Assembly (NCBI GenBank): GCA_001179505.1
Contig: CDMY01000227.1
Span: 558,001 to 622,000 of the forward strand
DNA: 64,000 nt
Direction of reading: 5' to 3'
Source: Vitrella brassicaformis CCMP3155
Taxonomy: Eukaryota; Protista; Chromerida
In this document: positions 12,301-23,552 of the stretch, piece after piece
How the letters are laid out: every line of letters starts with the position of its first letter
Numbering within the stretch: the first letter of the stretch is position 1
Notes under the pieces: model-generated
Database searches by the model: none
The model's input: only the letters and a program-made list of their open reading frames with translations
Told to the model about the DNA's origin: nothing
Position numbers and translations under genes: made by a program

Positions 12301-12703
12301 AGGTCCGAGCCGTCCCAGCGGCGGCAAACACACACACGAGGCGCCAACAAGCGACAATGACACAATCGCGGTCAGCAGCACGTTGGTGGCGATTGAGGGT
12401 GAGGACGCCGAGGAGCCGTTGCCAGCTTGGGGATTCTACGAGGGACTGCTGGACGACGTGGCCGTGTGGGACATTGCTTTGTCCGCGGCGGCCGTGGCCG
12501 ACCTCTACGCTAACCCACTCATCCAAAAGTACGCCGGTCGGCCATGCCATTGACACACACACACACACACACACGGACACCCATACACACACGGGGGAAA
12601 TGTCCCTTTGTGTGTGTGTGCAGGTCTTGAGCAAGACACAGACACAGAACAGACCAAGACACACACGAACAACCACACCCACCCGTCTACGACAAATGAA
12701 TGA
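7108..12703 (+). CDS. Cys-type (formylglycine-dependent) sulfatase fused to C-terminal LamG/concanavalin-A-like domains; over 20 exons, 5' end unresolved
   Basis: PPNFIIMFSDDQRWD, FENTFVTEPLCSPARAALMSG (CxPxR, Cys codon 8110-8112), GYNTAFVGKW, PFFLVVSLKAPH, DNTVLMFFSDNGY, GKRSPYEESIRIPFIVRYP. Downstream LamG-type motifs include SVSLWFK, WTHVAVRF, LFVNGKL, SVDDVRVY and GLLDDVAVWDIALS. One 300-N gap lies inside. Confidence 0.88.
8267..8566. other. Assembly gap (300 N) inside the sulfatase gene, after an (AG)n tract
   Basis: Run of N. Confidence 0.99.
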
Positions 12704-13399
12704 CGCCACACGCCCGTCCGAGCACGCCGACGGGCTTTGCGTCTCATGTGCATGGGGGCAGTGGGAATGTGAGCGGGCACGGGAGCGAGACACATGTCAG
12801 TAAGAGAGGTGGGATGATGGTCGATGGAGTGTTGGTCGTGGTGGCTGAGACAGGCGGCACCGAGATCCTCGTTGACGACACACCTGACCTGATGTGTGTG
12901 ATGCGTCCACGTGTTGTATGTCTCTATGGATGGATTGATGCATGAACACAGCGGAGAGGGGGGAGTGGGCCATCGATCAAGTCTGAGTCGGTCGTCGTGC
13001 AAAGACACGGCAGAGACGACAGATATCCAGCTCAGCTCGTGGCGGTCTGTTGTGTCTGTACATCTATCTGTTCTGCCCTTCGCTAGGTCTTCATTTGTAC
13101 TTGTGCCTTGTCTCCGCACGTAGACATGTGTATATTTATTTGTATCCCGTTCTTTCGTTGCGTCTACTCTGCTTCGGCTCTGCCGTCCGTTGACAGAGGG
13201 TTTACACTTGTAAACGCCGCCGTCTGTCTGCGATGATGGTGTGTTTCCGAAAACACTTCAGGAGGCTGAGGACAAGATCCACGAGAAAGTGAAGTGAAGG
13301 AATGAATGAGACAGACAGACAGACAGATGGATGAATGGATGAATGACAAGGAGCTGAGTAGGACTGGAAACGAATGCAATGTCGCATGATCAATGTTCA

Positions 13400-14892
13400 T
13401 TCACACATCATCGTCCAAACCACTCGACATCGCTCATCAATCCGACGCATGGGCACTCCTTTGTTCACACACGAAACCAACGCCCACACAGACACCGAAA
13501 AACCGGTCGTGCGCCAATCGTCACGGCGCGACCATTTTGTGTGGGCCACGGACAAGAACACACCAATGGCGCGAATGCAGCAAATGAGTGCACGAGGGCA
13601 AAAAAACACTACGCAGGACGCATCCAGCAAAGCAGGAGACACCGAAAAAGAGCCATGACCACAGATGTTCTCAGACACTTGACAGATGCCCTCATTCCCT
13701 CAGACCAATCGAACTGCATATTGCATATGTACTGCACTTACCGACAAAACCGCCGTGTGCCAGGTGCGACACAGCGAAGTGCGTTATGTGTGGGAACCAA
13801 AGAGGAACACATTATGATGATGGATGGACGGACGCAGCAGCAAAGACATACCACACACTGCACACACCGACAACCCAAAAAGCCCTCACGTCCTAGTGAG
13901 CCGCAGTCGCCTAGACATTCTCACCCCCAGCAGGAGACCTCCCCCCTCCCCCCCCTCCCCGCCAACTGCCTTAGTGTACAGGAAGTTCTTCTTGATTCAC
14001 ACATGATCGTCCAAACCGCAATCCGACACATAGGCACTCACCTGCGTAGCCCAGCTCTTCAAGTGTGCCAAAAAACCGTCGCGCTATCGTTCACAATATG
14101 TATGTCGCTTCACACACGCAGTACGTCCCGCCCCGGTCACACACGATACGAACCCCCCACACAGGCAGAGAACAACCGGTCGGTGCGCCAACCATGGCGC
14201 GACCATTTGCGTGGGCAACCAGCAAGAAGGCAGACAATGAGTCCAGGGGGGAAAAAACCCTGAGCAGGACCCCCAGCAAAGCAGGAGACACCGAAAAGAG
14301 CCATGACCACAGTATGTTCCTCAGACCCACTTCACAAATGCCATGATTCCCTCGGATTATAATCACCTGCATATATACTGCACTTACCGACAAACCGCCG
14401 TATGCCAGCGAACCAAAGAGGAACACATTAGGACATGGATGGATGGACGCAGCAAAGACAAACCACATACTGCATATACCGACAACGGACAAAGCCATCC
14501 TGCTCACGTCCTAGTGAGCCGAAATGCCCAGACATGCCCACCCCCAGCAGGAGACCTCCCCCTTCCCNNNNNNNNNNNNNNNNNNNNNNNNNNNNNNNNN
14601 NNNNNNNNNNNNNNNNNNNNNNNNNNNNNNNNNNNNNNNNNNNNNNNNNNNNNNNNNNNNNNNNNNNNNNNNNNNNNNNNNNNNNNNNNNNNNNNNNNNN
14701 NNNNNNNNNNNNNNNNNNNNNNNNNNNNNNNNNNNNNNNNNNNNNNNNNNNNNNNNNNNNNNNNNNNNNNNNNNNNNNNNNNNNNNNNNNNNNNNNNNNN
14801 NNNNNNNNNNNNNNNNNNNNNNNNNNNNNNNNNNNNNNNNNNNNNNNNNNNNNNNNNNNNNNNNNNNCCCCAACAGCCTTAGTGTACAGGAA
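13400..14892. repeat. Two diverged tandem copies of a roughly 600-650 bp non-coding unit (copy A about 13400-13985, copy B about 14000-14892, interrupted by a gap)
   Basis: Shared anchors in the same order: ATCGTCCAAACC (13409/14005); CCAGCAAAGCAGGAGACACCGAAAA(A)GAGCCATGACCACAG (13624/14273); GCACTTACCGACAAA (13733/14380); AACCAAAGAGGAACACATTA (13795/14411); CTCACGTCCTAGTGAGCCG; CCCCAGCAGGAGACCTCCCCC; GCCTTAGTGTACAGGAA. Confidence 0.85.
14568..14867. other. Assembly gap (300 N)
   Basis: Run of N. Confidence 0.99.
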
Positions 14893-15017
14893 ATGACCGG
14901 GCGGCCCCGTCCCACCCATCCCCCAAGAACGTGACAGACCGACGGAATACCCGCAGGCCGGGGGGCGGCGGAACCTGGTGTGGCATGTCTCACCTTCCAC
15001 GCCCACCTCGCCTCTTC

Positions 15018-15056
15018 TCACACGACGCCCACTTCGCCCTTCTCCCTCGCCCTCGA

Positions 15057-15087
<31 letters not shown>

Positions 15088-16875
15088 TTGTTGCCGAGCC
15101 GCAGACGGAGAGGGATGCCCTTGTGCAGGATGGTACCGTAGGTCTCGCTGTCCCGGACCAGTGCCATGCCGCCCGGCAGGAACACCACACCCCCCTGGCC
15201 GTCTCTGTCCGTGTCAGATGAGTCACCACAGGGCGGCGATGGCGATGGGAAGCGGCCCGTCGGCAGCAGAGATGAGCAGGGCGTCGGGGACGATGCTGCT
15301 GCTGCTGCTGCACTCCTGCGGCCGATGGCGTCTCGCTGTTCTCTGTCCTCCTCCTGCCGGACCAGAAGGCTCAACGAACCGGTCGGCAGCCCGCCCAGTC
15401 CGCCCACACCGACATTGGCGGTCCTCAACACACCAAAGGGCGGCATCGGGAACATCGTGGGCCCGCATGCCTCGACATCAGGGTCGCCAGGCCAGTCTTC
15501 GTCCTCACTCTCCTCGTCCCTATCCCTCTTCTCGCGCCGCAGCTCACGACTGATGTGGTAGGTCGCGAGTGGACAGGGTCTTCTGTGGCCGGCAAGGGAG
15601 CTGGGTGGCGCCTCTGATGGACCGTATGGGCCACTGGGCGAGAAGGGGATCTGGCTGAATGGAGCGGTATGCACGGCCTGGCGGGGGGTGGTGTCGCTGT
15701 CGCGATGCGCTCGACGGACGCCAACGGCCTGAACCACAGCAATAACGAGATGCACTCATGTGATTTTCCTCTGCATCTGTGTGTCTTACTCGTTTGCATC
15801 GCGGCCATGGCGGCCTTTCCTGTCTTGTCGGCCGCCTCCTTGTCCTTGTCCGTCAATTCATCGCCCCCGGCCTTATGGGGCTCCTCCCTCTCTGATCCAT
15901 CAGCAGCGCTTTCAGCGCCCCCACTGCGGCCGTTTGCGCGTCTCGCCCCTTCCCTGGTCTTACGCACGGCTGACGGCGGCCCAAGACCGACGGGCGATGT
16001 GAGTCTGACGGTCTTGACGGCTTTGATGGCGAAGCATCGAACCAGGTGGCAGAGCTGCAGGATGTTCTGCATGGTCAGGGGCGGCGACTCACTCGGTAGC
16101 CGCAGATGGCCCAGTCGGTCGGTGGAGAGCAAGTGAAGCCACTTATCAAACACCTCGGGACGGAGACATGCGAAGTCCATTGCCACCAGATCACCGCCAG
16201 GCCCGCTGCTATTGTTGGTGTTGGTCCTGATGCTGATGGCGATGTCGCCCTTGTCGTCATCCACCTGCCCGCCCTTCTCCTTTTTGTCACACTGGCAGGG
16301 GCTGGCGTCTTCCGGGCAGAGTAGGGATGGCAGGATGGCGGGACCGCATCCAGCGGTGAGATAATCGCAGAGATGGGCTGCGGGTGCCTTGATGATGGCC
16401 CTCGGGGTGGGGAAAGAGGCGACAGGGGACGTGCAGTGGGAGGGGAAGATGCGGAAAGCTCCGGGGGACCACACAAACAGAGACACCGAATTCAGCTCCC
16501 CGGCTGCCAGAGATGGAACAGAGTGAATTTCAGGTGGCTGCAGCTCCCCCGCACCGACAGAGGCCCTCCAGCCGAACTCACTCAGCCGCAGCAGATGCGC
16601 TGCCAGAAGGTACGCTCCGGCTTCACGCGGCGACGGGAGCTGTTGCGGGAGAGGGAGGGAGGGGTGTCGGGGGGAGTGGAGAAGGGTGAGCGGGGCGCAC
16701 GGGGCGTGGCGGGGGCAGCACAGGAACAGGACCAGCAGCGAGAGGAGGCCGGCTCGTCGGCAACCGGGATGAAGTGCACGATAAGTGGGAGGGGCTGGTG
16801 GTAGGTGCCGTCGGAAAGCAGGATGGGATTCGGCCAAGCGGCCCACCGAGGCCGATAAGGTGGGAGAGTCGCCAT
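15018..16875 (-). CDS. Hypothetical protein with a divergent BTB/POZ-like domain and low-complexity C-terminus (few introns)
   Basis: AAAAAATGGCG start context at 16875. YLLAAHLLRLSEFGW and ACLRPEVFDKWLHLLSTDRL...LTMQNILQLCHLVRCFAIKAV resemble BTB N- and C-terminal motifs. Intron about 15718-15778 joins the C-terminal ORF. First splice not resolved. Confidence 0.55.
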
Positions 16876-16955
16876 TTTTTAATCAAGATTGGTGTCAAAA
16901 GCTCGCATTGGCCGTTGACCGTTGGGCCGCGGCACTGGCGTGCGGTCTTGTCGAG

Positions 16956-18104
16956 ATGGGTGCTGCATTATCGCGGTGTGACGACGCGTGCGCGCATCTG
17001 CTGGGCGCTGAGGAAGGAGAGATGCGCATTCCACCAAGGCGGCAGCGTCTGGAGGATCAGTTGTGGGAGATGTACCTGGACGACGAGAGGTGGCGAGGCC
17101 GCGTTACCCTCCCGCAGATGAATCTCAACACCCAGGAGATCCTGTGGGAGATCCTCGAGGGCACCCTCACGGCTCAGAGAGCGGCGACTCTCGTGACCGG
17201 GGCGGAACTCCGCGTGATCGTCCAGATAGGCGACAGCTACCAGTGGGGCCTCGTGGAGCTCATCATGGAGAGGCGGCCGCCGCTGCCTGAAGCCTGCGAG
17301 ATCATCGACCTCCTGCTCCAGGCAGGCGCCCCGGACGTCACTGCAGGAGACCCCAGCTCCCTCAAGCACGCCATCACCCGCGGCAAGTACGATGTGGCCA
17401 CCGTCATGCTGCGCCACGTCAATCAGAACAGCCCCAACCTGCTGCGGCTGCATCTCCTGCATGTGGTGGCGCGGGAGAACCACGACATCCAGCCCGCCGT
17501 GAAGCTGGCGATGGTGAGCAGCCTGGTGGAGCTGCACCCCGGCCAGCTCCTGGAGCGTGATCGCAACCATCGGCTGCCCATCCACGAATTCTGCCGCCAT
17601 CCTCTCAGCAGCGAGGCCGCACAGGAGGGGCTCATCGACCTGCTGGTGAGGGATGGCGACCGATACACCCTCAACACGACCGACAGGGCGGGAGCCACGC
17701 CCCTTCAGCTCGCCGCCTCCGACCTCAACGCCAGCGGTCTGCTGCGGGGACTGCTGCGGCACGGTGCCAATTTGTGGTCGGCAGGGGTGCCGAGAAGCAG
17801 CCGGCTGGGGAGGGTGGAATGGATGCAACGCGTCGTTGACGCGCATCTTGCCTACCTTCGACACAACTTGCTCCGGCTGGTCCGCCGCTCCCTCAACCGC
17901 GCGCTACAGCCACTTTGGTCCATCCGTGCGGCCACCGACAACGGGATTTTGAGGGAGATCAAGATGAAAATCGCCGGCTACATGTGCAACGCCATTCCGC
18001 TCTACCTGCCCGCCCCTCTCCGACACCGCATCAGCAAGATCACCCGCCTCTTCATCACGGCGGCCCTGGAGAGGACCACTGCAGGCCCCCAGGGAGCATG
18101 TTGA
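16956..18104 (+). CDS. Intronless ankyrin-repeat protein (about 382 aa) with MGxxxS N-terminus
   Basis: Ankyrin-like units SSLKHAITRGKYDVATVMLRH, RNHRLPIHEFC and TDRAGATPLQLAASDLNASGLLRGLLRHGANL. Likely start MGAALSRC at 16956. Confidence 0.8.
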   Translation: MGAALSRCDDACAHLLGAEEGEMRIPPRRQRLEDQLWEMYLDDERWRGRVTLPQMNLNTQEILWEILEGTLTAQRAATLVTGAELRVIVQIGDSYQWGLVELIMERRPPLPEACEIIDLLLQAGAPDVTAGDPSSLKHAITRGKYDVATVMLRHVNQNSPNLLRLHLLHVVARENHDIQPAVKLAMVSSLVELHPGQLLERDRNHRLPIHEFCRHPLSSEAAQEGLIDLLVRDGDRYTLNTTDRAGATPLQLAASDLNASGLLRGLLRHGANLWSAGVPRSSRLGRVEWMQRVVDAHLAYLRHNLLRLVRRSLNRALQPLWSIRAATDNGILREIKMKIAGYMCNAIPLYLPAPLRHRISKITRLFITAALERTTAGPQGAC

Positions 18105-18673
18105 TGTGTCCAAAATGCGCTTTGGATTCGCTGCCAACCATTGTGCTGTGTCGCTCAAGGAGCTGGTGGAGATGGCGGTCAGAAAGGAGGAGGGACTGTG
18201 GGGCGAGGCAGTGACGGTGCAGCTGCCGTGCAGGGACTTGCGAGTCGTGGCGTGTGGCAGCACGCATCACGCCGCGGCACAGTAGGAATGGGATGAGGTG
18301 TATGTATGGAGCTCAATGGGTAAAGTGAATCGGTACGGGCAGGGGGTCTGTGTGTGTGGTGGGTGGATGGCTGCGTGGCTGCGTGGGTGCTGTCATGTGA
18401 ATTCGGTGGGGGCAGGCAGGTATATATAAACACATACATATACGCGACACACCAGTGTCCGTTTGGTATGAGGGGGCAAGGAACGGCAGGTGCGAAAGGG
18501 CGTTTTCTTGGTGTGCTAGGTTAGGTGGTAGGTGGTGTGGACGACGAAGGCAAGTGCGATCGAGTGAATGGTTGCATATCAATTGACGCATGTACGACAC
18601 AGTCAATGTCCATGCTTCTTAAATGTCAATGTGCCATCCATCCATCCATGTGACCAGCCACTCAGCGACTCAG

Positions 18674-19153
18674 TCAGAGGAACCATAGTGATTTCGACAG
18701 CTTCTCGGACGGCAGCTTGTTTTTCAGTGCCGCCGTCACTTTCCGCGCACACCTGAGCCCAATCGATTCATTCTGCACGGAGTAGCTGCATGTGTGGCCC
18801 ATACGCTGCTTACGTCTCGGCATACTTGACAGGCGCCGGAACGCGGATTGGACCTGTCAAGCCATACGCACACACAGACAGATGAACACACACAGGTAGA
18901 CCACCCACCGGGCCAGTTTTGGTAGAGCATGGTGAGCTGCATTGTGAGCATGTGGAGGTTGCCCGCTGACAAGCCTGGCAGAAGGAGACAAGGAAACACG
19001 GGCAGGCAATGGCGACATGAGTGAGACTCGCCTTTGTCCCTACTCACTCCAGTTGTCGCTATGCACCACCTCATACTTGGTCGGCATCACCGTCCCTTCA
19101 CATAAGAGAACACGACAGCGCACCCTTGCTCTGCTGTGCTGTGTTGTCTCTCT

Positions 19154-19192
<39 letters not shown>

Positions 19193-20265
19193 ACCTTGCG
19201 TGACGGCCTGGTGGCAGCCAAAGAATGCGAATCGATTGTCCTCCGACTCAGTCACACCTATATACCATACACACTGCAGCTGCATCTCCCTATCTCATGC
19301 CTTTCTGTTGGTCGGTACATACATTTGTCAAAGATGGTAAGAGGGGGCGGATTGCTGAAATGGCCAAGACGGCGTGGGTCTGGAAAGGAAAATCTGTTGA
19401 GCACAAGACAAGACAGACATACAATCACACATGGATCACGACAGAAGACAGACACATGGATGGATGGATGGATTCATCACCGCTGGCAGGAATTTTCGTA
19501 GTGATGATGAAGGCGATTTCTGGAGAGTAGTCTGCACGAATCTGCTTGAACGTCTCGGTGATGCTCGGCAGCTCGACCGCAAGCGCAGCCGCCTTCTGAC
19601 TATCACTCAGGCCACACCTGTATGTTACACAGGCATATACACATACACGAACAGACGTGAGTGAACATGGCAGACCTATAGACGATAACGCGCTCGGGCC
19701 TGCGGCAGAGGGCTGACTGATAGACGGTCACGGCATCTGCACATTCGTTCAGCATGCCATGCGGCTGGGCTGACCAGCCGCCGATGCCCCACACGACCTT
19801 TGACGAATGCTTGAAGCGTGTGGGGCTCGATGATGTCCTTGAAGCCGTCCTTGATGGTGACCCTAGTGATGTACTCGAGGTACAGCTCGTCACGAGCCGC
19901 AGAGAGCACAAAGACGGTCTTGTCTGCATACACACACATATAGATTCGCACACATGCGTCGCGCATCTCTGTGCTCTGCTGTGCTGTGCTGTGTGAGCCG
20001 TTGCCTTCGGTCTTCCTGACGTCGATTCCGACCACCATCACAGGCTGTATCCAGACAAGCGAAACTTGCACAGACACGTGTGTCAGCAGTGGTGTCAGAC
20101 CTTGTCGTGTATCCTCCTCGTGTCAAGTGCCCAAGCAGCGCCGCCGAGCTTGCAGACCATTTGGGCGACCAAACTGAACACGGCGGGTGGGACGTTGGGT
20201 TCCTGCGACAGTGAATCGAGGGTTCTTGGCCTCACCATCTGCGTGCATGCACATGCCGACGCATA

Positions 20266-20300
<35 letters not shown>

Positions 20301-23300
20301 TTTTTGTCTGGTTGGCTGGCTGTATGTATGGATGGGTAGCAACATGACCTGGCTGTGTGCTACTGGCGTGCCGCCCTTGCCGCATGTCAGCCGCGCCTTG
20401 ATGGCATTGTACACACCCGTCTGCTCTTCCTCCAAACTGTCCGTCCATACACCGACACAAAGGCAAAGACAAAGATGCATAAAGATGGATGGAGGTGTGC
20501 TGTCGTGGGCTATACTCACTGGGGAAGTATCCCAAGGACGAGGGCGCCTTTTTCTGCATCAGTGATGTCGCGGATCTTCTCGGACAGCTCGGCCCAGACG
20601 CTCTCGTCCCGGATGGCGTCCCACCAGCTGGGCAGCTCTGATTTCACAACACACGGACACACACATGTGGATGCATCGAACATGCCGGGAGCTGCACGGT
20701 GGACCGACAACGTCGGCATCTTCGTATTTGATGGCCCACGCTGCAAACCAAATCGAAGATACACATTGCTCGTGCCGCATCGGTGTGTGCTGGTCACTTG
20801 CACTCACCCTGGCACACTCGTTGGATGCTGTCGAGAAGTCTGCGCGCCGTTGGTCCGCAGTCCTCTTGATAGATCACTATCAAGCCGTCAAGGTCCGCCT
20901 GCATGACCGAATCGACGTACACATGCACGTGCATCAGTCCTCCCTCCCTCGCCCCTCTCTGTGCTGTGCTGTGCTGTGCTGTGCTGACCGGTTTGACGAC
21001 TGAGTCGAGTCGGATGTAGCCTGTGTTGGGCGGCGGGGCCTTGAAGCCGGGCGGCTCCGCACTCCCCTCCCCGCGCGGCCCCTCCAGAGGACGCAATGCC
21101 TCTCGTGACGTGAAATACCTAAAGCTGGCTCCGTCACCCTCAAGCAGCTGCTGCCCTGCACACATCAATGCATGCACACATAGAGGTCCATTCATACACA
21201 TATGAATGGCTGATCTCTCTCTCGTCCTTGGGCTGGCTCACCGCAGACCAATTTTTAGACTCTCCGATATGTGGATGCCGTACTGACGCAGGAGACCTGA
21301 CACCGGCAGACACACATGTGCTGACTGATGTGTAGCTGGCCCCTTCAGTGCGTATGTCTGCGTGGTATGCCTGCGGCTGCTGGGCTGTTCATGAGGCAAG
21401 TGGCGAGCTGCTGGCTCTCCCTGAGCCGGTCGCCAGGCGACATGCGGCAGAGCCGGGCGATCTCGTCGCTGAGCTGGGCGCTGTTGCGAATCGAGTCGTC
21501 GAGGCCTGCTCACACAGGAGACCAGATGCATCCATACCATGTCGTCTTTTGTGTGTGGAGAGAGGGGCTTCACCTGTGAGCGCAATCATCTGTGAAGGGA
21601 GGATGCTCTCGTGTACAACTGCCTGCGTGCCGTCGGCTTGCTTCTTCCTCCGACGGCATACGACTAGACAGCGCAAGACAGGGGCCAATATGATGTGTGT
21701 AGGCTGGGTGGGTGTTGGCCTGTGTGTGGGGTTGACTGACCCAGCGGTTGGTTTGGTTCGAGTTTGATATTGTATCTGCTGAAATAGTACTCGCCGACCT
21801 TCCACTCTCGGCCGTTCTTGTCACGGAATGTTCGGGTGGCGGGAGTGTAGTGGAACTCAATCTGCATCAACACATCCACACACGGCAACCATCCAGCCGC
21901 GGGTGTACTTGTGTCATGTGTATATGATATCTATTGCCTCGTCGATGGCGTGGAGCTGTCGCTTGCTGTCGCTCTCCGGCCGCTTGCCTGTGCGAAAGAC
22001 ACACAAATTCTGTTGCCTGTATCGGTGAGCCTTGAGCTAGTGCAGTACGTACGTATAGTGTGACTACGCGCCGGCCTTTGAACTTCTGATTGATCCGGTC
22101 GGCGAAGTTCTGGAGAGTGCCGTTGAAACCGCTCTGATTGATAGAAGTGCATGGAAAACACCCGTGCAGTGGAGCTGCGTGCGAGTGTCTGTGGCGGGNN
22201 NNNNNNNNNNNNNNNNNNNNNNNNNNNNNNNNNNNNNNNNNNNNNNNNNNNNNNNNNNNNNNNNNNNNNNNNNNNNNNNNNNNNNNNNNNNNNNNNNNNN
22301 NNNNNNNNNNNNNNNNNNNNNNNNNNNNNNNNNNNNNNNNNNNNNNNNNNNNNNNNNNNNNNNNNNNNNNNNNNNNNNNNNNNNNNNNNNNNNNNNNNNN
22401 NNNNNNNNNNNNNNNNNNNNNNNNNNNNNNNNNNNNNNNNNNNNNNNNNNNNNNNNNNNNNNNNNNNNNNNNNNNNNNNNNNNNNNNNNNNNNNNNNNGG
22501 GCGGGAGGGTGACCCGTAGTCGCCGCAGGACGTGTAGGAAGCTCTCGTCATGGACAATGCGATGCGTGCGGTCGACCTGTACACACACAGACACACAGAC
22601 ACACGGCGAGCACACCGGCCTTGAAATGTGCAGCAGATTCTTGTCGTCGTGTCGTGTCGTGTTGTGTCGTGTGTTGCACTTGCCCGAAAGTAGAGCCGCC
22701 CCTCGAGGCTCAGCAAGGACGTGATGAAGCCTGGAAGGAGCCTGACTATTCTCTGGATGACGGTGCCGCTGTGCTGCGTGTCGTTCAACATGTTGGGCAG
22801 AAACGATTGACGACCAGCGGACTGAAGCTGCACACACCAGCCATTTGTGTCAGAGAGGGGTGGAGGTGGGTGCATACATTGCACTGCACTGCTTACATGT
22901 AGTTGTCCCATCGCCCTTCTCACAGCGCACTCGATGTATTCGTTGACGTCAGTGAGCACGTCCTTCTCTCGAGCTGACATGGCATGGCACACACCACACG
23001 CGCACCAATACCAAGAGTGAGGGCTCTGCGTGCCGTCTCACTTACATGAGTTGAGTGAGTGTTTTCGTGTGAGTGTGATCGTTTGCTCTTGCTGGCTGGT
23101 GCTCTCCTCGGGCAGTGGTGGGGCGGTGACGGTGATGGGCTCGGCGTCGATCGACGGATTGTCCATGTGTGTCAATGACAAGTGGCACACAAACAGCTTC
23201 ATCCCCTCACACCGGTACCCACAGCAGGGCGCTTGTGTTGGCGTCAAAGCCCAACGCACTCGCTATCTGAGTCACAAGATAGGACACACATGCAACGCAC

Positions 23301-23552
23301 ACAGAAGCGCACTCGGCCTCGCGTACATCGTACCTGCCTCTGGTTGGTATAGATCAGTCGACGCTGCTTGTGTGAGTCGGACACAGAGGGTGGAATGCTG
23401 TTGACAGACAGACAGAATCAAACAAGCAATGAATGACTACTCGTGTGCGCCACTCACTCACTTGCGGCAAAGAGATGGACTCTCATGCCCTCATCCAGCT
23501 TCATCCGGTAGAGGTTGGTATTCGCCAACACCGAAGATGGGACGCTCGCCAT
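18674..23552 (-). CDS. PIWI: Piwi-clade Argonaute (N-L1-PAZ-L2-MID-PIWI), predicted slicer-inactive; about 25 exons
   Basis: ANTNLYRMKL (N), LLPGFITSLLSLEGRLYFRVDRTHRIV (L1), KFKGRRVVTLY...EYYFSRYNIKLEPNQPL (PAZ), GLDDSIRNSAQL...RMSPGDR (L2), VYNAIKARL..SQ..MVCKLGG (MID), VVGIDV, VIVYRCGLSDSQ, NPPPLT, QGTVMPTKYEV, LYQNWPGPIRVPAPVKYAE, and terminal KLSKSLWFL* typical of the Piwi clade. Confidence 0.9.
22199..22498. other. Assembly gap (300 N), probably intronic in the Piwi gene
   Basis: Run of N. Confidence 0.99.

Noticed and set aside
12720-13400. 204-aa minus-strand ORF downstream of the sulfatase
   Set aside because: No codon bias or motifs, and includes microsatellite-derived sequence; more likely UTR or intergenic
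13400-14892. Possible CRISPR-like or transposon structure in the repeat region
   Set aside because: No constant short repeat with unique equal-length spacers, no terminal inverted repeats or target-site duplication seen, no transposase or RT motifs, and eukaryotic context
16968-17864. 298-aa minus-strand ORF
   Set aside because: Antisense shadow of the ankyrin gene
23038-23259. Apparent N-terminally truncated Piwi starting at MDNPSID (23166)
   Set aside because: Further upstream exons (ANTNLYRMKL, KQRRLIY) supply the N domain from 23552, although two splice choices there are uncertain
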